Both the position numbers and the translations under genes were made by a program. DNA of 64,000 nucleotides. It comes from Pavona decussata. Its lineage: Eukaryota. How positions within the stretch are numbered: the first letter of the stretch is position 1; the number at the start of each line of letters is the position of its first letter. Under the pieces are notes generated by a model, which did not search any database, was not told where the DNA came from, and saw only the letters and a list, made by a program, of their open reading frames with translations. The DNA is taken from the NCBI GenBank assembly GCA_977016875.1, contig CDRNST010000289.1:248001-312000 (forward strand), given 5' to 3'. Below are positions 51,401-61,764 of this stretch, piece by piece.

Positions 51401-54400
51401 AACGTAACAAGGCAAAATAAGTCAAGTTTCAGTTCCTGCCAAATACATTTCCAAAGCAACAGTAACATCAAACACCATAACAACGTTGTAACTCCCCAAG
51501 TGAAGAATCCTCACAAGTCGATATAAATATCGAGGATGACCACGAAGTGAAGAAGGTCCCCTAAAACCGCGTTGAACGTTTAGGCAGTTTTTCTCTGAGA
51601 TAATGTCCTTACTTTAGAAATCCATGTGAAACGTGCTGATTTTTGATGTGAAGGCTACTTTGAGTGCTCTATATGAAGTTGTTTATTTGTTTTTGAGTCT
51701 CATGACCTACCAGGATTGAGAATACATTAGGGGTCGTTTTCAGACCACGAGGTTGTTTTTGAGTATTGTATTTTGTTTTAGAAAAGGATTAAACCGTTAC
51801 TTAGAACTAACTTTTTTTAAAGTTACGTTAAGCCAGTTTGGTTTCTGCGACTGGGAAATCAACTTGAATGTTACCCTACGATCTAGATCATGTGACAGAC
51901 AGAGGCCTGGCCACAGACTACGAACCGGACGAGCAAGTGAGAAATGTTTTATCAACATACCTATCTCAAATGACTATGTGTGATGAAGATGGATTTGGGC
52001 TACGTCTTCCTGAGAATTTACCCGAGGGATTTCACTTAACCCATAAGAGGTTGTCTAAAAGAACCCTGTTCACCGCTGATTCAGGGTTTGCAGTTATCCT
52101 CTCAAGGGAACACACCTGGCGCTACGTCATGGGGAAAGCGGAATACAGGGAATCGGTAAGTTACTTCCATAGCTACCTAGCAAAAGTTATTTCTTACTTC
52201 AAGTTCTCTGGAAATTTCTCGTATTATAATAGAGTTAGATCATTGACTCAACCCAAGGTTGCCAGAACTTTTTGATCGGTACATTGTATTATAAATACTT
52301 ACCTGGTTGGTAAATAAATGAGGCATATGTATTTTATCTGTCAGTGACGCAGGCATATTCGGAGAAAGATTCGAGTTAGCCTTGCAGGAGTCGAACCCAT
52401 CGCCTTCCAATCACTCGCGTCAGGATGCTTCACCACTGAGCTGTAGACCCAGGTCTAAGAGTCTCCTATAGCTTTATTTTTTTTTAATTATAACGACCGT
52501 GCGCATTATTATAATATCAGGATTGAAGAAATACAGGCAATAATTAAATTATTCAGGCATTCGAAACATTTTGAAAACAGTCGCTCGACTCATCATTTCA
52601 AGTAGCTGCTGTCATATAAAAGAGGCTATCAAAATGACTTAACACGGAGGGCGAATCGAAGATACATATAATATTATACCCATCATCTGATGACCATGAA
52701 AGCCCTCTTACAAACAACAACAACAGCAACAACAACAACAGTAATAACACTTTTGCAGTTCATCTGAGGGCATTGGCCGCGTGTGGCCGGGGCGTACCTA
52801 ATAACAGCAACTAGCTGCTTTTTCTTCATACTATCCAGCCGATAAAAGGCTGTGTACTCCCTTTAGAACAGTTTGAGAACTACCATAAATACAGGAGATA
52901 CAGGAGAGAAAAACTCGTAAAATGGACTTTTTTTACCCGCTTTTCACCCTTCTTTTTCTTCACCTTTTATCATCAAGATTAATTTATATTTTCGTTATTG
53001 GCACTATAAATATAGACCCTTCGTTGTATCGTCTGTACTGTCTCTGCAGACTGATCTCCATTTACACTGCGAAGACTGGGACAGGCTACTTAGCAGTGGA
53101 GTCTGGGAACCCGTGGTCATAGTCCAGAAGATACCCGAATTCTTAGCGTTCGTGAAAGAAGTCCAAGGTCTGGTAGTTAGTGAGGTACAAGGAACTGGAT
53201 TAGCAGCAACAAGTAAGCAATAGAAAGGCCATGTGAAATTCACTTACGTTAATTCTAGGAAAGCTCTAGGATACTTATTTGTGGCAAGTCAATAATTAGA
53301 CATACATATTTCGCTTCTCATGTTTTACACAACAAAAATACTTGACGTCCCCCTAGCACACTTCTATGGTTCTTTCGTGGACTATTGCTTGAATTGGTCT
53401 CGTTTATGCTCGACAGATTTTCCTTAAATTATCCCCGAAAGATTACCATCGCGATAACATCTGGTTACGTTCTAGACAGTTTGGTTTAAGTTATAAGTTA
53501 TAAAGTTTGAAATGAGTTGTGACTTCGGGGCAGAATCTTACAATCTGCGACTCATCTTTTAAAGTAATGTTTAGTTTTATGAACAGAGCTTATAAGGTAA
53601 CTGTAAAGAGATTTGATTCCTGTTTCGAGCGTTAGCCCTTCTTCAGAGCGAATTTTTTATTTCTTTCTGACAAAGGGCTTAAACGTTCGAAACGTCGGGG
53701 CTTGAATTTTGTAACGGTGTCCAAAATACCTCATCGACTTTGTTGATAAAACTAAGCATTCGTTAACACTCTCCACGGACGCAGCACCACAATAGAGCAA
53801 TTTTGCAATTCTTTTTAGTTGAATAAGACTATAAATGTTATTCCTGCTTAATTACTGACCAACGGAATGGCTAATCGACTTCAATTATGTTCTTCATTCA
53901 CAGGCAAGGTATCTTATTCTCCTATATACTCCATCTTTTTTTTGTAACACGCTCATTGAAATGCGAACACAATTACTGTAACATGCCACGTAAAGTATGC
54001 ATGCTTTCATTTTTTTTCTTTTTATGCTGCAATTCAGTTCCCCCAGAAATTCGTGCACGTGGTATTTCAGCTGTAGAAGCTTATAATAGGGCCCTTGATG
54101 CTGGAAGAACTTCTGACAAGAGGGTACCAATAATGCTTATTGGACAACACCGGGTCGGGAAGACCAGTTTAAAGAAGTCGCTTCAGGGGATGCGCTTTGA
54201 CCCAGAGGAAGACTCTACTGTAGGCATAAATGTGGATCCTTCTCATTTCAAGGTGACCACAGAAACATGGAAACCAGGAACGAAGGAAAAAGACCAGGAT
54301 TATGACTCAGCGATTTCATTCATATATCACATGGCAAAGTGGATTGTTGACAGGTTAAAAGAGGAAAGTGCAAGCACGATGCTTGAGGGAGATACTGTAC

Positions 54401-57400
54401 AAATGGAAGGTGCCTTTGATTCTGAAATCACTGAGATGCCAAGCCAACCAAGTACAACGGATCCTACAAGAGAAGCCGAGCATATTCATACAGCTAGCGA
54501 TCAAGACCTAACACTCGACAACAGGGTAACCCGTGTATCAACATCTGGTCCAAGAGAACGGAATGAAGAAGACGTTAATCGTTCCACTTCGTACGTGCCA
54601 GAAGAGGTAGCAACTGTAACTGAAACGCTACTTCAAGGTGACTGGGAGGACAGTGGGGAAGACATTTTTTCAACTTTGTGGGATTTTGCTGGGCAGTCAG
54701 TTTACTATGTAACCCATCCGCTCTTCATGTCATCACGGGCAATGTATTGTTTGGTTTACGACCTCAGTCTAAATCCCGACGAGTTAGCTGAGCCTCCCTT
54801 GAAACAAGGAGTATACGAGAAATCCCCAGAGCGCTTCAATCCAAAAACTAATTTGGATTATCTTGATTTTTGGATGATGTCTGTGGCTTCTTTAGCCAGT
54901 GGTGAAAACGACAACAGAAACGAATCTCAGTCAGAGGGTCTCCCTAAGAAGCTACCTGCAGTTTTTTTGGTTTGCACTCATGCAGATACACCCTACACTG
55001 ATTGCGACCCTAGAGAACTGGCTTCCAAATCTTTGGTTGTCTGAGGAAAAAGCCATATGGCACCCATTTGATTGATGTGTTCGTTGTGGATAACACAAAG
55101 TCAGGGACTGAGTCTGAGTGTTCCGAGGTGATGCGCTTGCGACAGGAAATTCGCACTACTGCTCAAAATTTACCTCACATTAAAGAGGACATTCCAATCA
55201 AGTGGTTAAAATTTGAGAAGATTCTTAACGCAATGAAGGAAAGTGGACAGAGACGCATTTCGTTAGATTCAGCAAAAGTTATTGCGTCAAAAGACTGCAA
55301 CATTGATCAGGACAAAGAGTTAGAGACATTGATAAACTACTTGCATGACTTGCGAAGTCTGATTCATTTTGATGACTCACAAGACCTGAATAAACTGGTA
55401 ATCCTGGATCCTCAGTGGCTGATTGACGTATTTAAAAAAGTGATTACTGTCCAGCCAGCTCACCAATGCACAGAGAAGAAACTGTTAGAGTTATGGCTCA
55501 AACTTGAAGAGGAAGGAATCCTGGATGAAAACCTTTTAGTACATGTGTGGAAGCCTTTGCTTGAGGACAAAGACACTTGTGACAGTCTCGTTGGAATTAT
55601 GGAGAAATTCAGCTTACTGTGCCCTTTGCCATCAGATGCCTCTGAAAGCAAGAGCTACCTTGTGCCATCAATGTTGAAGTGTCATCCACAAAAGGAGATT
55701 GCTGAGCTTGTTGCATCTGCAAAATTGCCGTCTCTGTTTCTCAAATTCCGAAATGGTCATGTCCCTCTGGGTTTGTTTCCAAGACTGGTCCTAGAGTTCT
55801 TTCAGTGGGGAGAAGAAAATAATTTCTGGAGGTCAGGAAGATCTAAGATGTTCCACAATTTTGCCAGATTCTTTACCTCTGACGACGAAGAATGCTCCGT
55901 GATCCTTCTATCCCACTCCTCCTCCGTGGAGTTGGTTGTTCACAGAGCGAATATCAATCTTGAATTGGCCGAAGAACTATCCTCAAAGATGACCATGTCC
56001 ATCGATTTGCAAAATTGTACCACTGGGGTCACCTGTGCGCTTGCTGTTCAAAGACAACTTCATTTGATGCTTGAGTGCATGCGCAATGAATTTTGCTGGC
56101 TTAGAAATATGAGGTATGAAATGAGTGTCATTTGCCCAGTCTGCTGTCGTGGACGTGCAGTCAACTACTGCCGTACTCATCATAAGCAAGGATGCCGGGA
56201 AGAGCAATGTCTCCACTTCTGGACACTTTCTGAGTTGCGCAGTAGCGAGAAAAACGCGAATTGTACGAGGTCTGCCACTGCTGAAAACTGCAGAGTTCCG
56301 GTCGCCACCTTTACACATTGGCTTGCTTCTTCAGAGCACCAGGTGAACAAATAGTTAATGGCCATTAATTTTTTTTTAACAATAGTGCATCTTTTCAATG
56401 ATGCACTCCTTCCACCGTGTTTTATCGATGAAAGTGCCGTGCATTGACAATTTGGAAAGTCTGACAAATTACTAACAGGTAAAAAATTAAAGTCGAGAAA
56501 ATAGTTTTCTTTTATAAAAAGCACACTCCCGAATATTTATTTGATTGAGAACGTAGTGACACCAGCTAGTAGTATTTTAATATAATAATCGATAGGTCTG
56601 AAATTTCATGGAAAAGGAAGAGCTCATAAACTGGCATTTGTTGGTTACAGTAAAGTGGGTATTTTTCTTTTCCAATTTTTGTAATTATTTAGATCTCGCA
56701 GTTGGCAGTTGGTGAGCCCGACGAAAGATGTCCTCCGTCTGGTGAGGGTGAGCTGATTTTATCATCCTTTTTTATCAAAACCATTGATTTAGTACAAAGG
56801 AAACATGGCAGGTTATCCAGGTAGTGGTATTTATAAATTGCAATTTGTCACAGCCTATCCATGATAGGGAAGCAAGGATGGCGCAGTAGTGAGAGCACTC
56901 GCCTCCCACCAAAGTGGCCTGGATTCGATTCTCGGGCTCGGTGTTATATGTGGGTTGAGTTTGGTGTTAGTTCTCGTCCTTGCTCCGAGATATTTTTTCT
57001 CTAGGTTATCCGGTTTTCCCCTCTCCTGAAAAACCAACATTCCAAATTCCCATTCCATCTAGAATCTGAAGGTCTGCCAGGAATTTGACAAAAACTCTAC
57101 TGAGTCAAACAAAAGCTCTTAAGGAAAAGCCTAGGACACTCGAGAAGATCAATCCCACAAGCTGATCTGGGTAATTTTTAATAATTTTTTCATACTCAGC
57201 TATGGCTCACCGTTACAAAAAAAAACCCCCTTTTTTACCAGTCACTTTGGCTGGACTCTACACGCTGATTACGGGCGCCAGTCACACAACTTAATGACGC
57301 CATTATTGCCTCTGTATTCTTTTCAAACTCCGCGACACTAATCAATCGTTGTATTAATCAGTACCTCGGCTGGAACCCAGATAAGTCTGCAACTTTAGAT

Positions 57401-60400
57401 TGCAGATGTAATGGAGATGACAAACATAACCAAGAAGTACCTCCACCTACCCAATAAAATATTGCTCAGTTCAATTTTTTTTGGAGGTCAATGTCCATAG
57501 ATGATACATTCCTGCAGAAAGCAAGTATCAACAAAACGCTAGAAAATCTTAAACTTGTCCTAAATCAGTTTACTCTCTAGGACAAGGAGGAAAAGCACTT
57601 GCTCTACCCGAGAAGCTCTTGGAATCCCTTTCTTGCCACTCCAGTGATGCCGAGCAGATTGTGAATCAATGGAAGGAAAATCTTCAACTGGATCAATCCT
57701 CTCTTAAAGAACCAGACCCTGAGACGAAGGCTGTGATCCGCTGTTTCACAGCAACAGCCAAAAACTCAAACAGGGTTGATGTGGTCCAAGAATTAAGGAA
57801 AATCGTACCAGCTGGAACAACTGGTAGGTTCATACTTGGCTTTGATGCATTACTGGCTGTTTAAGAATTATACTACTGAATTTCTAAATGTATGAACTCA
57901 CAACCAACAAGGCCTGTAGCGTCAAGTTGGATCTCAGTTCACGTGGTTCGAGAGTAAGTGAGACAGTGGTTTTGTACTAAACAAAATTACGTGAAATGAG
58001 AAAAAGTAAACTTTGCCTGTTTCTTTTTGAAACTTGAGCATTCCAAACAAGACGTTAATGGTATATTGCATCATATATCTTGACTAGAAGACCAATCAGA
58101 TTCTGTTAGCTTGCCGATAACTGCAATACTCTAAAGTGAACACATTACTTGGAGTTGATTAAGACTGCTGTTAGCGGATCTAGTGCTTGCATTGTTAACT
58201 GTTACTGATCATTCGCTTTATACAGTACACTAACTCGTTACCACTGTCATATATTTTTTTATTTTGTTTTCACCCACCCATTGAGAACACAGAGCGTCCA
58301 TGGTAGACTCCACTTATTTCGACCGTTGATGAGCGGAAGACCGCTTTATATTCCCTTTATTTTCTTTCTTTATTTAAAGGGCACGTTCTTTAACCGTATT
58401 GTTGTGTTGAGTGGATTCTGCTTGTAACATCGCTAATACGATGTCACACGTAGTCACGCTTTGTTTGACTGTACGATGCCAACGTACTTTATATTCTAAC
58501 TCTGTACCCTGAGTTTATTTGCTATTCTCGACATCTCGGGTGGTTAATTAGCAGCCTTTGGGAGACCTAAGCATAGACTATGTTCGGATCTTTAAGGATT
58601 AAGACTTACAACCTTTGTATTTGTAGAGATTTCGTTACTTCCGTTCCCCTATCTACAAAGCTCTCTTCACGATGCTCTCAATATTGCCTGTTCTACTGCG
58701 ATTATAATATTATACTCCCGTCTTTGAAGCGCTGTCACTATAGTGATGCTTATAGATGTCTTTTATAGTGTTTTTTTTTTTTCAAATTTCTATAGGTCCA
58801 CTGTTACATGAAGGCCGTCATCTGCTGGAAGTCCCAATTCAAAAGGCGACAGAGCTCACTATCGCCCTAAGTGGTAACGCAAAAATCGTTTGCTATAGTA
58901 ATAAGAACGTTTTAATTTATATAGTAAAATTTAAGTACGTTACAACTGACTTTTGGAAGAGAGTCATCCCAAAAAGTTGAGCAATTTCCATCTCTAACCT
59001 TAATGGTTAATTCACAGGGTCCAGAGGAGTTCAATTCGAGTTCAATTCGATCATATAAAACACGCTAATCCGTTCGTTTTACCTTGCGTTACGATTGCGT
59101 TACACAAAATATTTACCGCCGGCCAAATTACTGTGGGCTCGGAAGTTTGCTTAGCTCGAATAACAGGGGCGTAGCGTGGGATTTTTAAGATGTACGCACG
59201 AGAATAAATTTTTCGTAAGCGCCAAAGTCGCTTACAACTAGGGTGGTCTGGGGGCATGCTCCCGCAGAAAATTTTGAAATTTAGGGTCTCGGAAATGTTA
59301 TCTCCTCGTTTTTCTGCGGGGCATTTTCAATAAATAATGCGGCAAAAATGCGGCAAAAAGTTGTTTATTTTAACCATTTTCCTGGTGTTTTCTGTAAGCT
59401 ACAGTGTCTCGAAAAGAAAAAAAAAATACTAAAACAGGAAGACAGGTCACAAGCAAAGGGTGAGGTGTCACCCTTAAGACGGGCAAATTCCGTTACCAAC
59501 CTGTCAATATCCACGTTCTCATGTCTATGTATATGAAGGATTGCTAAGGAGCTAATTTTTCGTCCGTCATCGTACTTCGCAGAGGAAATTTTAGTCTCTT
59601 CATGCTACTGAAGCTACATTCGGCAGTGCATGTAGACGAAGAATAAGTAAACAATGTTACGAGAGCAACAAATTCACCGGGATGAAATTGGGAGTTTGCG
59701 TGGTCAAGAGTCTCAACCAAAGTCTGCGGCGTCACATTCGGATCCATGCCACTCCATTTGCGCTTCCATCTTGTGAGGCGTTTTTCCTATTTTTGCTTAC
59801 CACTCAAATACACTTTGCCATTATTGTGTAATGTGAAAATATGAAATTATTACCCAGCAAATTTAATGGGAAAAATTTTCAGATCTCAACTGTACGCATG
59901 GGCGTACGTGCGTATATGGACGCTACGCCCCTGAATAACACTCAAGAATTCAGAAATGGAGGAAACCGATTTAGGCTTATTTTTTTCGAATCGCCATAAC
60001 TCGGGCGAAATTCAATTAAAAAGCTTCATTTTCCCTATCTGAGCTAGGATCTCTATATTCTAACCAAACATTGCGAAAATTCCGTCGAAACATTCGATAA
60101 ACCTACATTTTCGGCGAGCGAAATTTTCGGCTTGAACGGCATCGCTTTCGTACAATGTGCACCGCAACACCTGGTGACGGAAATTACGTATCCAATCTCA
60201 TAACCAGAGCCCGCGTTACCCTTATCCAGCGATCAGGTCATATGCGTATGCCCTAAAATCTGTTGACCCTGTCGTTTTACTCGTGCTTTTCCGTGAAACA
60301 CTCTGTTGCCGTTGCATACGTCTTGAGATTGGATCTTCATCTATTCAAAAAAGTGGTCTGTTTGGTCCGATACCTGCCACCCGAGCTCAGCAGTGAGTTT

Positions 60401-61764
60401 TGGCAGGTCTTCCCATCTTATAACATCAGCTGAGTGCGACTGCTGGGGATCGTTCGAGTTCAACTTTACAACTGAATACAGCCACGATCGGCAACCGTTG
60501 ACTCTCCTCTGTACTCTAGTCGCATCTGGGGAGACCTCCTTTAAGATCACTCCCATTTCAGATGAAGGTAAATCTATATTTTCCTTCTCCAGATAGTTGT
60601 TTTTGTAGTCCTCTAGAATGGCTTTCATCAGAGTGAAGGACTGATAATCTCTTATGTAATTCATTGAAAGCCTGAAAATAAAGTTGACCTAAAGAAATCA
60701 ATGCGCGTTCAAACATTCCATAATCTTACCGCTTAGAAACAAAAGCGTGCTTTTCCCTGCCAGATAATTTAGCTTGTTTCCTCTCTGGCGGATTTTCTTG
60801 CAGTGGAGGGGACCTTTTCGATGAATAATTCTCCATGTTTAAATCTCCCTCCACAGCTGATGTTTTGAATTTTGAACTAGTAACGGTTGATTGCACTTCC
60901 GTTTCCGGTAACTGTTCACTTCCGTCACCAGGTCATGCAGTACACATCAAACGAGTCACGTGATACAAGTTTCCTCCGTTTTCCTTTTTTCCTCTCGGCA
61001 CTTCGTGCCTCTTTGTCGGCACTTCCTGCCTCGTTCGGAAAGCTTCGCTTTCCGAAATATAATTACGCCCGCGAGCTGTTGTTTGCGGTTTACGAAGTAA
61101 AGAAAAACATGGCGAACGAACAGGCAAACGGCTCGATCGAAATTAGGATGTGGCAATTAGGTTCAGGATTTTATTGTATAAAGCCAGGATTTAGTTTAAA
61201 AGGTAAGACTTTCAAAGCGTGTTTTAAATGATCGAATTGAACTCAAATTGAACTCCTCTGGACCCTGTGGTTAATTCACAACTCTCCACAGCTAAGTTAA
61301 GGCAACAATTTCCAGGTCACCCCCATCCCCGTCTATCACAAACCTTTTAACGTTACAACGCTATCTACATGTGTTCATCATATGCAGATCGAGTTGAAAT
61401 TTATAGCTTTGAGAATTAAAAAACGAAAAAGCTGAAAAAACAAGTCAGGCGCTCGGTTAAAAGAAATGGTCAAACACCCGCGAGCATTTGATGGACAAGA
61501 CCAACTTCGTTCTTCAATGAATTTTGGATTAAGCAGTCAAACTGAACTGGTCCTCGCTTTTGTTCCGCAGGGGGAGATGAATGGAAGTGTGTTGCAGAAA
61601 TGCTGGGTCTGAATCCGGAAGAGATCCGTTACCTTGACAGACGCACTATGAACCCAGCTGATGCTGCCTTGGCTTATATAGCAAGACGCCGCCATCTGAC
61701 TGTAGGAGATCTTTATGATATCTTGTGCGAGTGTGGCCTACCTTTAATAGCTGACAAGCTGTAA
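45440..61764 (+). CDS. Multi-exon KH-KH / uncharacterised domain / Roc-COR / death-domain (Roco-family) gene, about 1519 aa. Exons: 45440-45474, 46865-47099, 47386-47589, 48904-49086, 49445-49598, 50343-50560, 50950-51172, 51887-52155, 53050-53212, 54038-56342, 56693-56747, 57581-57823, 58796-58873, 61571-61764. One -1 frameshift at ~55027.
   Basis: Hand splicing: every junction is GT-AG except one GC-AG at 49599, and intron phases match throughout (2,0,0,0,1,0,1,0,1,0,1,1,1). The spliced length is 4559 nt, or 4560 nt (1520 codons) with one base restored at ~55027. Exons 8-14 have positional counterparts in the paralogue at 8.7-21.6 kb. An extra exon could be hidden in the gap at 47683-48021. 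Confidence 0.8.
46865..47099 (+). CDS. Exon 2: type I KH RNA-binding domain 1 with intact GXXG loop
   Basis: FVQVPKEMKGHVIGRGGYMLNEIREKSGASV...GNQEQRTIAKNLILQKV matches the KH consensus (VIGxxG..I..I...SGA). Confidence 0.9.
47386..47589 (+). CDS. Exon 3: KH domain 2 with variant loop GKRQ
   Basis: VEIEHEYKGYVIGKRQANLREISGQTGAKL...GNKEQRKLAKVHIGTIV; tttacacag acceptor and gtgag donor. Confidence 0.85.
47683..48021. other. Assembly gap within intron 3 of the KH-Roco gene
   Basis: Run of N. Confidence 1.
52350..52446 (-). mobile_element. tRNA-derived SINE fragment
   Basis: Minus strand reads AGCTCAGTGG (A box) ... GGTTCGACTCC (B box), with no intact cloverleaf. Confidence 0.6.
54038..56342 (+). 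CDS. Exon 10: Roc GTPase plus COR domain
   Basis: PPEIRARG pre-Roc motif, P-loop GQHRVGKTS, G2 STVGI, G3 LWDFAGQSVYYVTH, G4 VCTHAD, G5-like VDNT; COR motifs IPIKWLKFE, YLHDL..LIHF, VILDPQWLIDVF, YLVPSML, VPLGLFPRL. Confidence 0.93.
56867..57065 (+). mobile_element. tRNA-derived SINE
   Basis: GGATGGCGCAGTAGTGAGAGCACTCGCCTCCCACCAA (A box), GATTCGATTC (B box), then the body GGGTTGAGTTTG...GGTTTTCCCCTCTCC. Confidence 0.8.
58796..61764 (+). CDS. Exons 13-14: C-terminal death domain
   Basis: [70 protein letters not shown], the death-domain pattern W..LA..LG....I...NP...L...TVG.L..L...G. This exon has no ATG-initiated ORF and is missing from the supplied ORF track. Confidence 0.85.
59013..61269. 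mobile_element. Non-autonomous TIR element (P-like) with 7-bp TSD, in intron 13
   Basis: TIR CACAGGGTCCAGAGGAGTTCAATT(C/T)GAGTTCAATTCGATCA of about 40 bp; GTTAATT on both sides. Confidence 0.85.
59164..59933 (-). mobile_element. Nested hAT derivative with dimerisation-domain fragment
   Basis: TIR CAGGGGCGTAGCGT; TAECSFSSMKRLKFPLRSTMTDEKL resembles the hAT C-terminal ERSFS.LKRIKT.LRSTM...RL motif. Confidence 0.8.

Noticed and set aside
53887-54037. N-terminal extension of the 385-aa Roc ORF as a real start
   Set aside because: It reads through a polypyrimidine tract and the AG acceptor at 54037; the paralogue keeps the acceptor but not the extension.
56867-56950. Functional tRNA gene (also 52350-52446)
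   Set aside because: A and B boxes are present, but I could not form a proper cloverleaf and the sequence continues into a SINE body.
54038-61764. Naming the gene LRRK2, DAPK1 or MFHAS1
   Set aside because: No kinase, LRR or ankyrin domain is present, so orthology is unsupported.
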